The translations under genes were made by a program, and so were the position numbers. Below the pieces are notes generated by a model, which saw nothing but the letters and a program-made list of their open reading frames with translations, was not told the DNA's origin and searched no databases. A DNA stretch of 64,000 nt from Geosiphon pyriformis uo1. Its lineage: Eukaryota; Fungi; Glomeromycota. Numbering within the stretch: position 1 is the stretch's first letter; every line of letters starts with the position of its first letter. Below are positions 23,540-36,596 of the stretch, piece after piece. The stretch lies in the NCBI GenBank assembly GCA_016748015.1, contig JAAOMT010000570.1, positions 190,043-254,042 on the forward strand. The letters are read 5' to 3'.

Positions 23540-24518
23540 TATTACTGGAGGTTTTTGGTCTCTTTTCTCGAATGTTGTTAATGTTGATTTGTTGTGAATT
23601 CATGTTTCTAGGAAGTAGTTGGACCTCCAGTAACTGAATTTATCTTCAAATTATCTCTTATAATTTGAACTGCCGAGCTTATAAGTGGAATGGCCAATTC
23701 TGTACCAGTTACTTTGTATAGTTATGTTGTAGTAAACATCAACTCTTTCTCAGGAATTACTCGTCTAGAAGCTCACTAAAATGTGTAGTTACTTTGCTGT
23801 GAAAATTAACTCTTCTACAGGGATCTTATCTGTAGGCTACCCTAATGATTATAGTAAGAAAATAAAAAAAAAATAAAATAAATGTAAAAGAAATAGAATT
23901 CTGTTAAGAGAAATGTTTTCAATCCAGGCCTGAAGTCACTAACAGTTTATTGAAATTGGTAGCTAATTAATTTCAAAACGTTAGTTGGGTTTTGAGAATT
24001 TTTCCAAGTGCAATAATTAAAGAATTTGGTTTTTTCGAATTATTTGATATTTATTTTTTTTTGTGTGTGTAGGAATGTTTCTAAGTGATAAATCTAAAAT
24101 AAAATATATTTTCTTGAAAAGAAAAGCTCTTCTTTTATACAACTTGTCATAACACTATTCTATGAACTTAAACTTTGCTATTTTCTACAATTTCACTGAA
24201 CTAAAGATACATTTTGGCAAACTACAAGTTATTTCTGTGAACTATTAGATATTTCAGTGAACTATCAATTATTTCAGTGAATTTCTACAAATTTCGGCGA
24301 ACTTTTGAATGTTATATAGTTCGGGGTATTGCATGATTGATCATCATAATTAGATTACATTTGTGTTGTGTACAAATTGGGTTATTAATTAAATGATAAT
24401 TTTGGACATTTTGCTAATGTAATAAGTAATAATTTGAAACAATAATATATGCTAATTAATAATAGGAATTATAAGATAATTTCATGCTAAATAATATCTC
24501 TAATTTCGTCTAGTAACA
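23540..24518 (-). repeat. 5' LTR of element B
   Basis: TGTTACTAGACG...CAGTAATA on the minus strand, 979 bp. Confidence 0.96.
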
Positions 24519-24939
24519 TCATAAGATGATGGAATTTGTGCAAAATTTCTGTCTTGCTTTTAGAGATGAGGTTTGGTTGGTTCGTGTAAGTCATCATGCT
24601 TTGATGGAAAAACATGGCCTGATTCCTGGTGATAGTTCAGTTCTTAATCTGGTGCATGGCCTTTCTTTGATTTTCTCTGCTGGAGTGATAAAGCTGTTGG
24701 GTATTGTGGAGGCTTTTGGCATTCACTTTGGCTTTCATACACCTTGTTTATTTTTTTCAGGCATTGAGGATTCTGTATCAGTTATTATAGATGCTTAGTG
24801 TTGTCCTGATCAGTCTGAGTGGCTGGTCACGTGTAGAAAATGCATGATTCACACTTAGTTTAGATCTTTTATGATGTATTGTTCTAGGTAGTGTTTGGAC
24901 CTCATTCGTTAAAAAAAAAAAAAAAAAAAAAAATACTTT

Positions 24940-27900
24940 AACCTAGTCTCAAATTTTTGTAATTGAATCTAAAAAATGGTTTAAAAAAAACCATGAACTT
25001 TAATTAATTTTACAAAATATGTAAAAGATGTATAATTTTGTTAACTAATATTATCTATATAAAAGTTTAATTAAAATTAAAATATGTAAAAATTTTATTA
25101 AATTTTTTAAACATATTTATAAATAAAATAATAATAAATTTTGGGTTAACTAATAATTATCTAATTTATAATAATTTAAATTAAAGTAAATTTTTTTTTT
25201 ATTTTTTTGGAAAATTTTTTATGATTTTTTTTTGTGTAAAATTAAAAAATATAAATATTTGTATAAATATAAAATTAATATTAAGTTTATTGTTAAATTA
25301 AAATCCAAACTGATATAATTTTGTATTTAATAGCTAGTATTTTTATTAATAATATAATTTAAATTAAAAATAGTTAGATATTTATTTAATATATTTTAAA
25401 TATTATTAATAAATTTTGGGATATTAATAATATTTTAATTAATAACAATAAAATAATAATTATTTTTATTAATTAATAATTGTAAATACTTTTTTATATA
25501 TTAGTAGTTAGCCAGTTTTTATTATTAAAATTTTTTATACAAATATAAACAGAAAAAAAATAACATCTATTATAGTTTTTTTAAATATAAAAAATATTTT
25601 AAATAGGTTTTTTGTTTATAAAATTCTAAATTTATAAATATTAAGTTGGTTATTTAAGCATTTATTATAGTATTTTATAAAATTAAAAATTAATTTTAGT
25701 TATAATTTTTTGTTAATATTATTAAAAAAAGTTTAAATTGTAATTTATTATTTATAAATAATATTTATAATATACTTTATTTTGTTAATAATATATTAAT
25801 ATTTAATATTTTAGATAATTTTTATTTTTATTTTGTTTTATATTCTTAAAAAAAATTTGAGATGAATTTTGTAAATTAATTTTTAAATAAATATATATTA
25901 TGTTTTAATTAAAAAACTTTTTATTATTAAAAAATTAAATCTTAAAAATCTAATATTTACATAATTTAAAATAGTTTATAATAATTTTTTTAATGTAAAT
26001 ATTTTTTTGATTTTTAATTTTGTTTATTAATATAATATAAGTAGTATAAACTGTTTTATAACAATTAATAAAAGTTTATATATTATAAATTTAAATATAA
26101 TTAATGTTTTTATTGAAATATTTTAGTATATTAATAATTATTAATAATTATTAATAATTTTTTGGCTTTTTTTAATAATTTAAACTTAAATATTAATATT
26201 AAAATAAGCAGTTTGCTTTTTTTAAATATATTTTTTTTTAATTTATATTAGCAAAAAATATATATCAATTTAATAATATAATAATATTAAATAAAATGTG
26301 TTATTTTGTTAAAAATATTTATAAAACTGTGTATTAAACTTATTAAAAAAATAAATTTAATGCTAATATAATTAATAAATGTTTTTTTAAAAATATAAAT
26401 TAATATAACACAATACTAAATATAATTAATTAAGTTTTAACTAATTTGTAAACATATATAATAAAAATTTTATATAAAAAAATATCATATAATAAATTAT
26501 ATTTTAGTATTTTGTAATTATTTTATAGTAAAATTAAATTTTTAAACTATGTATTTAATATAAATCTAATAAAACTATATGTATTAATATTATTAATAAA
26601 CATATAAATTATTGAAAATCTTTAATTAAAACAAGTTATTACATATTTATAATATTGTAATTTTTATTTAATTAGTTATTTAATATTAATTTATATGTTG
26701 TTTTATATAAAAAATTAGATTTTAAAAATTAGTTTTATAAAATATTAATAGTTTTTAACAATAAAAAAAATATAATATTGAAATTAATAAAATTTATTTA
26801 TAGTTTTATGTTATATTATAGACTATTATTTGAAATTTAAGTTTAAATACTAAATTAATTTAAAAAAAGCTAATTAATTAATAAAAGATAATAATATACT
26901 ACTTTTTATTATTAATTTATTAAAAATTTTATTAAATAATATTGTATATTATAAATATTTATTTTTTTGTAATATTAATAATATTATTATGAATATATAG
27001 TATTGTTTTAATTGGTTTATATAATTAGTATTTAATTTAAAATACATAAAAAAATTGTATTATATTAAATAAATATTAATTTAATTGTAATTTGTTATTT
27101 TTTTAATATTATTATAAATAATTATATAATATATTTAATTTATAAGTTAGTATTCTTAGTTATTAATATAAATTTAAAAGGTTTGATATTTAAAAGTTTT
27201 AAAAAGTCAATAATAAACAGAACTTTATTAATAATAATTAATACTTAATGTTTAATTTTTTTAACATAATAATTAGTTGATTTTGGTGTTTTTAAAAAAA
27301 ATTTTTAAAAATAAATTGAATTAGGTAAATTTTTACTAAAATTAAATATTGTAATATTTTATATATTATTAAAATAAAGATGTTTTATTTTTATCTAAAA
27401 TTTTTAAAAACTTTAATTAATAATTTACAAAGTTTTTTATTAAGTTATTTTATAAATTTATTTATTTATAAATAAAATAGAAATGTTTTTTTTAAATATA
27501 TTTATGTTTGTAAATAATAGTTTTACAACTAAAAATTTTTATTTATTTTAAATAATTTTAATATTTGGTATTTGTAAAATAGTTTATTATTATTAATATA
27601 TAATATTTTTTTTAATTATAATAAGTAAAAATTGTTTATTATAATATGTATATATTAAAATTATATGTTTTTTTAGTTTAGTTTTTTTATTGTTTTAATA
27701 AAATATGATAATTTTTTTATTATTTATTTTGGTTATATAAAGTTATTATAAACATAAATTATGTATTTTTAATATTTAAATTTAGATTAATAAATAATTA
27801 TCTTTTAAACTAAATAAATTTTTAAACAAATTAATATATTAAATATAAATTTAAATTAAATTTATATATTTTTTTGTTATAATAATAATAGTTTAAACTA

Positions 27901-29000
27901 TTTTATTAAAAATTTTATATTACAAAATTTTCAAGTTTTTTTTTGTATTTAATAAGTTTAATTATCTATTATCTATTACAATATAATTTAAAAAACTTTT
28001 AAAATAGTATAATATAAAAATATTATAATTATAAAAATAAAATTGGTTATTTGTTTTTTTTGCATTCAAAAATGAATTTTTTTAAATTTTGAAATTAAAA
28101 AACTAAGTTTTGTTTTTGTTTATAAAATAATAATTATTAATTTTTGGTTATAATCTAACTAATTTTTTTATATTATATTAATAATTTTAGTGTATTTTGT
28201 TTTTTTATTGTTATTCTGTATAAATATATTATTTAATAGTTTTAATTAAATTTTCAAAATCCAAAAATCTGATTTTAATTTACAATAAATTGGTTAAAAA
28301 TTTGAATATCTAAATAATATTTATCTAATTTAAATTACTTAATTTTTAAAAAGTTGGTTAAAGGTTTTTTATTTAATATTTTTTTAGTAAATAATAAAAT
28401 AAGAAAAAAAAATGCAAATTAATAACCAAAAAAATTTAAAAAATTAAATTCTTAAAAGATAAAACTAATTTATTTAAAATATTTGAATTTCTTTTAAGAT
28501 TTAAAAACAAAAATATATATGAAATAATTGATTTTTTTTGTTTAAATCAATATAATAATTTTGCAAAGTTTAAAATTTCTTTTACTTAACATTTATAAAA
28601 ATTAGCTAAATTTGTTATAAATCATAAATATTATTTTGAAATATTAAATTTATAAAAACATTTATTTTTCATGTTTTTATAAGCAAAAAACAATAAACAT
28701 ACTTTATTTCTTTTAGAATTTGTATATATTTATTGCTTTTGCAAAAAAATAAATATAATAATAACAGAAACAAAGAAATCACCTATTTGCATCAAAATTA
28801 TAATTTTGTTAAATTGATAAAATCATAAACAAATATGTTGTTAATAAATTTTTTTAGAAAAAAAAAAAAGATTAATTTATTATTTTTTATAATAAACCTG
28901 TAAAAGTAAATTTATGATATTTTGTATTGATTAATAAAATTTCAAGCTTATATACACATATTTTAATAATTTATATTTCAAGAATCTCAATTAACTTAAA
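24940..29000. other. Extremely AT-rich non-coding tract, probably fully decayed transposon sequence
   Basis: Almost no CpG, very low GC by eye, no ORF of 60 aa or more in the track. Confidence 0.6.
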
Positions 29001-29167
29001 TTTCTCACAGATTTCTAAAATTTTTAATTACAAACAAGTCGAAAAAGAATTGAAATTGAAATTTATTACACAATTGATCTAAATACTTTATTATGAAATT
29101 TCGGAAAAAAATAATAATTAAAAGTTTTCAATCGTGAATATTTCCACTCTCTAAACGTGGTTAATTA

Positions 29168-29182
29168 AACAACAACAACAGC

Positions 29183-29228
<46 letters not shown>

Positions 29229-29230
29229 GC

Positions 29231-29270
<40 letters not shown>

Positions 29271-29276
29271 GCAACA
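29168..29276 (+). repeat. (CAA)n microsatellite with CAG interruptions
   Basis: Seen directly, about 36 units. Confidence 0.95.
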
Positions 29277-29878
29277 AAAACAAAAACAAATATTAGAAAG
29301 TCACAATGAAACTTTATAATAAGTGGTATTGGATAAAAGTTTCCATGATTCAGAAAATTAACTTGGGGTCATGCCGTCATTTCACCCTTTATTGGTCTTT
29401 TCTTTCAACTAATTGTGATTTTCCTCGATTCATTATTAGATTATTAGTAAGGTGTCGATTTCCTGAAAATCCGTGTGAAGATCATTCAAAATTCTCCGGA
29501 GAAAAAAGATTTTTAATCAGGGACGTAGATTATTTAACGAAACAACCGGAAAATTTTTCTGCAGAACGTGTAAAATTTATTGATGATTGATCCAAATTTC
29601 TCACGCTAGAATACTTATTCGAAAAAAATGATGACCATAATCTGTCGCGAATCAGCAAATAAAAAAAAATGATTTGTGAAAAAAGGAAATATTCCCTTTG
29701 GCAAAGGGTTTTGTTTTGCGTTTGTAAGAATTTTTGAACATGCTCGCGGATTTTCTCTTTCATCTTTGAGTCTTGTTTATATTAGTATTTTGGGCTCGGG
29801 GTTTCTTATCTGATTGTTTGGTTGGTGATGATGATGATGAATCGTCAAGGGGCAACTATTTATGCTAGTAACACCTCT

Positions 29879-29890
29879 TATATATAAAAG
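29879..29890 (+). promoter_or_regulatory. TATA box of the lipase-like gene
   Basis: TATATATAAAAG about 110 bp upstream of ATG 29997. Confidence 0.55.
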
Positions 29891-29996
29891 TGAGTTACCT
29901 TAAGGAACCAGTTTGGTAAATTTTTTTACAACTCAAAATTTTAATTTTAATTTTTACTACAATTCCCAAGAGGAATTTTATCCACCCTTTGTCAAC

Positions 29997-32276
29997 ATGC
30001 GTAAACCTAGCCGATCCAGATTATCATCAAATGAAAAAATTGCAAAGTCCGTTCGTTCAAAATCTACATCACCTATTAACAATCTTTCCTTCCAAAAATA
30101 CTCTTTGCAAAAGATTTTCTTTACAATTTTAGCAGTAATTATCTCCTTGATATTTTCTCTTAACCTCCTTGTTCAAGCTTCACCCTTAACTCAGAACAAA
30201 AAGAGAGCACCACTCGACCAAAGTTCTAATGAATTCAATTTCCAATCTCCAGAATTATCGTCTGATCCTTTAGCATTTAATAACGATCTGGCATCTGATG
30301 ATAAGCCTTTTAGCTCGGCCTCTTCCGATTCCTTGGGATCTATTCCTGATGATACTTTAGCATTTAATAATAACGATCTGGGATCTAATACTAACCCTTT
30401 TGGTTCGGCCTCTTTTGATACGACTGGCCTTTCTCAATCTGCCACCAACCTCGATTCGGGAAATGAGAATCCACCTTTAGGTAACCTTGATGCTCAGAAC
30501 CCATCTATCATGAATGCCGCTCCCAACCCTGACACACTTCCCAATGATCAAGATCCAATTAATCTCGACCAATCAACCATTCCCCAGCCCGGTGAAAAGC
30601 AAGCTTTTCTTCAAGAAATAGTTCCAGTCATAGAAAAAGTAGCTCCAGAAGTAATTGAAGAAGTAGCACCTCATATCAAAATACCTGGATGGCTTCCATC
30701 TTGGGGTACTCCTGTTCCTGGTAGTACACCACCGGATGGTATGATACAAGATCCTAATGCAATTGGCAAAGCTGGTGATGGGTCAGATGAGAATGGAATG
30801 ATTTTATTGAATGGAAAATTTGATAAGGACATTAGGCGTTTCGTTGAGGTCGCATACTTTTTGGAAGATGCGGCATGTATTTCACCATCGAACACCTGTT
30901 TGAATCACGGTAACGGAAATGCTGGTAAGAAATTTCACGCAAATCATTATATTTTACTTGCACAATAAAACTAAATGTCTTTGCCATTTATATTCATCCC
31001 TAATAAATTTCTAAATTTCCCCCTTTTTTTTTTTTTTTAGCGAGAGCTCAAGTTGTAGGCAAAGGCCAGGACCAAAAACTTGTTGTTGGGTTTAAATCAA
31101 GAGAAATGAATTCTCAAGAATGGAATACTAGGAGCAACAAAATGGAACCTTTGAGACCGAGTTTTGGGAAGAATTACCCTCAAGGTGATCAAATTGTGGG
31201 AAAATTTAAAAATCCAATGGCAGATGCCGGAATGGCAAATGAATTCCGAGGGTTTTTCCCAAAAGTTGCTGGATCAGTGAAATGTAACCTCAACAAAAGC
31301 CCAGCGACAATGGGTATCGTAACTGTTGGGAAGGGTCTTGGTGGTGGTAAGTATTGTTATTGTGTGTTAGTTTCTAACTTCAATAATTATCAGTATCTTA
31401 TAAAAGGCTTTTTTTTTCTTCTCTTACAATTGCTCCCATTAATCATTCATTTTGATTAAAAGTTTACGCTGGATTTGCGGCTCTTGAATTTACCAGAATG
31501 TTTGGTTCATCCAGAGTGATAGGTGCATATATGTTTGGCGCCCCAAATTTCCTTAATTGGGAAGGATCTAGAATGTTTAGTACCCTTATGCCGAATAAAA
31601 TTTACCGCGTTACCAAACCAAATCAACGTATCTCACAATCTCCTGGGTTTGATCGAGGGCGCGCTCCAATTCTACCAGAATACTATAATACAGACGCACC
31701 AATAAAGAATGGTCAATTTAACAAGGTAACAGGTAATGGCGGTGGTAGCACTCTTTACAAATGTGTATGGCCACCAGCCGGTAAACCTGGCCCAGCTGCC
31801 GTGAATCCAGTAAGCATTTTTGAAAATTTTCAATATTCACGACTGATTTAATCTTTAGTTCATGAGTGAATAATGCGATCCCGATTTCATTTCTTTCTTA
31901 GAATTGTAGTGGCGCTAAAGACATTCAGCACGGTACAAGTGGTCACACACCTGATGAGCCTCAGAATCAAAAATATATGGATATGCCGATTACTGGAGGA
32001 AAATGCAAAGCTGCTACTGCTGCTCTAAATTCTAGCACACCAGAGATCGCTTCTGGTGATCAAGGTTTCGACTCAGATATCGCTTCAAACGATATTGAAA
32101 ACCCAACTGATGAAACAGATTCAGCATTCCAAGACGAGAACACTGATTCACAATTAGCATTCCAAGACGAGAACACTGATTCACAATTAGCATTCAACGA
32201 TCCAGAGGATTCATCCAACCTAGCATTTGCAGATGAACTTTCAAATAACTCGAATGATGATCCAGCTTTGTTATAA
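29997..32276 (+). CDS. Secreted or membrane-anchored class-3 lipase-fold protein lacking the catalytic triad; exons 29997-30924, 31041-31346, 31463-31809, 31902-32276
   Basis: Hydrophobic signal ending VQA|SP followed by KKR; LVVGFKSR, IVTVGKGLGGVYAGFAALE, AYMFGAP, IYRVT..NQRISQSP, PEYY and NPNCS follow the Lipase_3 pattern; GT-AG introns in phase. Confidence 0.8.
32124..32195 (+). repeat. 33-bp coding tandem repeat (AFQDENTDSQL x2, plus partial)
   Basis: gcattccaagacgagaacactgattcacaatta repeated exactly. Confidence 0.9.
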
Positions 32277-33618
32277 GTACTAAAAGTCATATATTACTTT
32301 GCACTTGTGCATGTATTCATGAATGAAAGACTTTGAATTGAATACTAGTCGTTTTTTTCCATAATTACAATTAAAATTCTTAGCCTGGTTTAGGATAATA
32401 TGTTACATGAAATCTTTGTTTTAAATCTAGTCATGTGACGTGACTTTTTTAAAAGAGATGAATTCGCCCAACAGATAGAAACGATATTTCCTCCAAAATT
32501 ATTATTTATACAAATATGGATAATTTATTAAATATTTTGTCTATCTTTAGCATGTTCGTTAGATATAAATCGGATCAATATAATTGGTAAAAAAATTTCG
32601 AACCCAATTGTTTTTTTAGATTTCCTTGACTAAAATATACAAATATTTTGAAGAAAATAATGTTGGTCCGAATCTTGAAAGCAAGATATTATTGATTGTG
32701 TAGTTGAAATCCAAACAGAAATTCATGTTTCATAGTTGGACGATTGTTAAGATCAAGGAAAAAGTATTAATTTTGAATTCATTTTAACAAACAAAATGTG
32801 AACTTTAATTTGGTTATCGTTTTGTAAAAGAAAACAAAAAACCGTAAGGACTTTTCAATTCGGGTAAAGCTTTTTTTTAAAGCAACTTTTGGAAATTTAA
32901 TTTTGATAAAGAGGGAGATTTAAGGTTTCATGAATGACATTATGGTCAAAAAATTTGGGGAACTTTATTTATCGTTTCATCGATTAATTATTTTTGATAA
33001 AGAAAGCATGTTTCAAGGCTCGGTTAAAACTTCAAAAAGTTTTGTTGAAAAATAAAGTTATTTTGATAATCTTTTTGAATTTTTTATTGTTTATTTAGTG
33101 AAGAGAATGTAAATTTCTGAAGCTCTTTTAAAAGACTTTTCATATTTTGTTTAGTGAAATCATTTGAAACAAATTTTATCCCTAAAAATTTTTTTCTTTA
33201 TATCTGATAAGCTTGCTTTTTTTTTAATTGTTTCAACCAACCAAAAATTTTTGATATTTTGGTGATTCATTGAAAATCTTTTTATTCGAAAATGCTCAAT
33301 TTTGAAATTTTGAAGATGTTAAAATTCTCAATCAGATAAAAAAAAATTCTTTTGTTGAAAAAATGAGAGAAATTTTAACTGTATAGTCTTTAAATAAACA
33401 ATCTATGTCAAATCATAAGTGTATGAAAAAAATAACGTATATAAATTTTATTATAGACACAATCACGTGTTCGAGTTTTTGTAATTAACTAATTGTTTAT
33501 AAGATGATTTTGAAATTTTTTGTTCAATAATACAAAATTATTTAAAAAATTGTTGAATTCAAAACAATTTATTATTGTTACTGTTTTTTATTTCTGTTTT
33601 TATTTTTAATTTAATTGA

Positions 33619-33621
<3 letters not shown>

Positions 33622-33653
<32 letters not shown>

Positions 33654-33800
33654 TTACTGCTTAAACATATGATGTAATCTTACTGCTATTTAAATATATT
33701 TAACATATATATATTTTATATTAAATAAAATTTATGCTTTCTTTTTTACATGTAATCAGCCACTTAAGCTAATTAAAACTACACTATTTTATACTTAACT
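33622..33800 (-). mobile_element. Decayed LINE 3' end with (TAA)n tail; 5' extent not resolved
   Basis: acatgtaatcagccacttaagctaattaaaactacacta matches the reverse complement of the LINE stop/3'UTR at 24796-24835; TTA repeats at 33622-33653. Confidence 0.6.
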
Positions 33801-36596
33801 ATTTATTACTATTAAAAAAGCATAAAGACTTTTAACTTACTATATTAATTATATTAATTATATATTAACACAAGTTTTAATAAATTTATTAATTTTATAT
33901 TTGTTAAATATTATATTTTAATATTATATTTTATCATTATTATTATTATTTTGAAATTATTTTTGAAATTATATTAGCTATTAAAAACAAAATTCATTTA
34001 ATTTAAAAATAATTTTTAATTTAAATTTTTATACAAAATATAATTTTTTAAATAATAGTTTTAAATAAAAACCAAATAATTATTTCAATATTAAATAAAA
34101 AAATTATTAAAATAAATAACAATAAGTTCATAAAAAAATTAATAATACTATAAATAAATTTAAATTTATAATAATTTAAAAATAAAAATTGATTATTTTT
34201 ACAAATAAAATAATTAAAAAATAAAATCAATATTTTTATTTAATATGTAAAATTTAATTACTACTTAATACAATACAAAAAATTAAGTAACTTAAATTAA
34301 ATATAACTTATATATTTTTTATATATGACTAAATATATAAATTCAGTTAAGATTAAATTACATTAAATTAACAAAAACCAAAAATAAGTTCAATTTATTA
34401 AGTTTATTATTACAATTATTTATATTTTAATTATTAAAAATAAACTTAAAAACAATCTAAATTTTTTTATATTATTCTTAATATTAAATTATTTATTTGT
34501 TATAATAATACCAAATATTCAAAAGTTAAATTACTTAAAAGAAATATTACAATAGTATTTATTTAACCAAAATTTACTTTGATTTTAAGAGTAATAAAGT
34601 TTTTAAACAAATTAATCAAAATTATAACAAAATTTTTAATAATTTTATTTATTATAAACAGATTAATTTTTACTATAAAACTTTTTGGTTTATTTATTAT
34701 TAAAAAAAGTAATTAAAATAATCAAAAAACCAATAAATTTAAAACCAAATTTTATTAATATACTTAATTTAAAAATTTAAGATTTAAAAAAATTTAATTT
34801 AAAATTATTTATAAAATTAATAATAATAATAATTAAAAATACAACAACAAAAAAAACAAATAAAACAAAAGTTTTAATTTATTATAGTTTTATTTGCAAT
34901 TTAGATTCTTTTATTTGTTAAAATTTATTAAATAAGCATATTTATGTTTTAAATATCTTTAATTAATACAAGTTTAATATTATTTATTATGCTTTATTTA
35001 TTAATTTTAAATACTATTAACATTAATTTATTGTGTAATTTTGTTTAAAAAGTTTGTGTTTAAAAATTGGTTAATAAAGACTAAAGCTGTTTTTAAAAAT
35101 ATTAAACTTGTTATTTTTAAGTTAATTAATTTTATATATAATTTAATTGTTAACTACAGAAATAAAATATATTTGCTTAATTTAAAGCTTTAGACAAAAA
35201 TAAAAAAAAAGTGAATTGTTAAATAGTAATAAATTAATACAAGTTAATATACAAAAATTTTTAAATAGTTTATTAAAAAAAATAGAACAATTATTAAAAA
35301 TAATAAAAAGTTATATAGTTAATTTTGGTTTTAGAATTGGTTATTTGTTTTTTATTAATGTAAATAATAATGTTTTATTAATATAATTATATAATATTGT
35401 TTTAATTAACTAAATAAATAGTTATATATAAAAAATATATAAATTATATTTAATTTAAAACTTTGTATAATTATATTATATTAGATAATTGGGTTTTACT
35501 TATAAATAAATAAATAAAAAAATTATAATATATTAGTATTTTGTATATATTAATAAATTTATATTAATTATACGAATTTTTTTACTTATAAAAATTAAAA
35601 AATTTTAAAAATTATAAATATTATATTATTATTATTATTAAAAATTTTAATCTTTTTTTTTAAATATTGTTGATATCAAGTTATTATTAAATCTATTATT
35701 AATAAAAATTATTAAATATTTAATAAGTTAATTTATTTTTAAAGTATTTTTTTTTACTTTAAACTATTTATGTTATTGAATTTATAATAAAATAATCAAT
35801 TTTGTATTAATTATTTTGTAATAAAAGTCAACTTTTTTATAAAAATCTTTAATTGTAAACTTTTTAATATTATAGAATTATCTTGTTATAAAAATCAATT
35901 TTTTTATAGAATATTTCAACTATAAACTATTTAATAATAATAATAACAATAATAATAAAATTAAAATAAAATAAAATATAAAAAAATATATTTTTTATTC
36001 AAGTTTAAAATTAATTAAATAAATAAAATTATAACTAATTAATTTTAAAATATTAATTAAAATCTGCAAATTTTGAAATAATTATAAATATAAAAAACTT
36101 ATTGGTTTTTAAAATATATTTTTTTTAATATTTGGTAAATTAAAGATATATTTTAATAAAATACAATTTATTTTAATAAATTATTAAATATTTTGTCAAA
36201 TTTTTAAATATTTTGGTAAATTTTTAAATATTATATAATTTAAATTTTATTATATAATTTGATTATTACAATAAATTATACTTGTATATTGTATAAATTA
36301 AAATAATAATATTTAATAATTTAATTAATAAATAATAAATTGACTAAATAATAAATTATAATTTAAAACAATATTATATGTTAATTAATAACTCAATTTT
36401 TTTATTAATAATAATGTTTATTAAGAAAATATATATTAAATTTGTTATATATTTTAATTGATTTATAATTTTTTATTAATATTAGTTAAAATAATAATAA
36501 ATTTTTTAAAATAATTTATTTTTTATAATTAACAAATTAATATTTAATATAATTTTTTAATTATAAAATCATTTTTTTTTGGCAAAAAAAATTTTT

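Larger units (their letters stand above)
14666..24518 (-). mobile_element. Full-length Ty3/Gypsy LTR retrotransposon, family B (inactivated by nonsense substitutions)
   Basis: 979-bp LTRs 23540-24518 and 14666-15644, PBS, PPT, 4-bp TSD TCGT/TCAT. All gag-pol ORF fragments in the track lie in one frame. Confidence 0.97.
4863..24933 (+). mobile_element. 5'-truncated LINE (~0.5 kb; pieces 4863-4869, 14572-14665, 24523-24933) split by LTR elements A and B
   Basis: Removing both LTR elements and one TSD copy each restores one frame: SDVLVCLALCKSFMFKLCF*EAVLVFGDFKIACRKMMEFVQNFCLAFRDEVWLVR..SVIIDA*. Followed by 3'UTR and poly-A 24911-24933. TSD AAAAATACT at 4854-4862 and 24929-24937, after a TT/AAAA site. 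Confidence 0.85.

Noticed and set aside
24806-24845. CTGATCA...GAAA in the LINE 3'UTR as a hammerhead ribozyme
   Set aside because: Core is not CUGANGA and stems I and III cannot be built.
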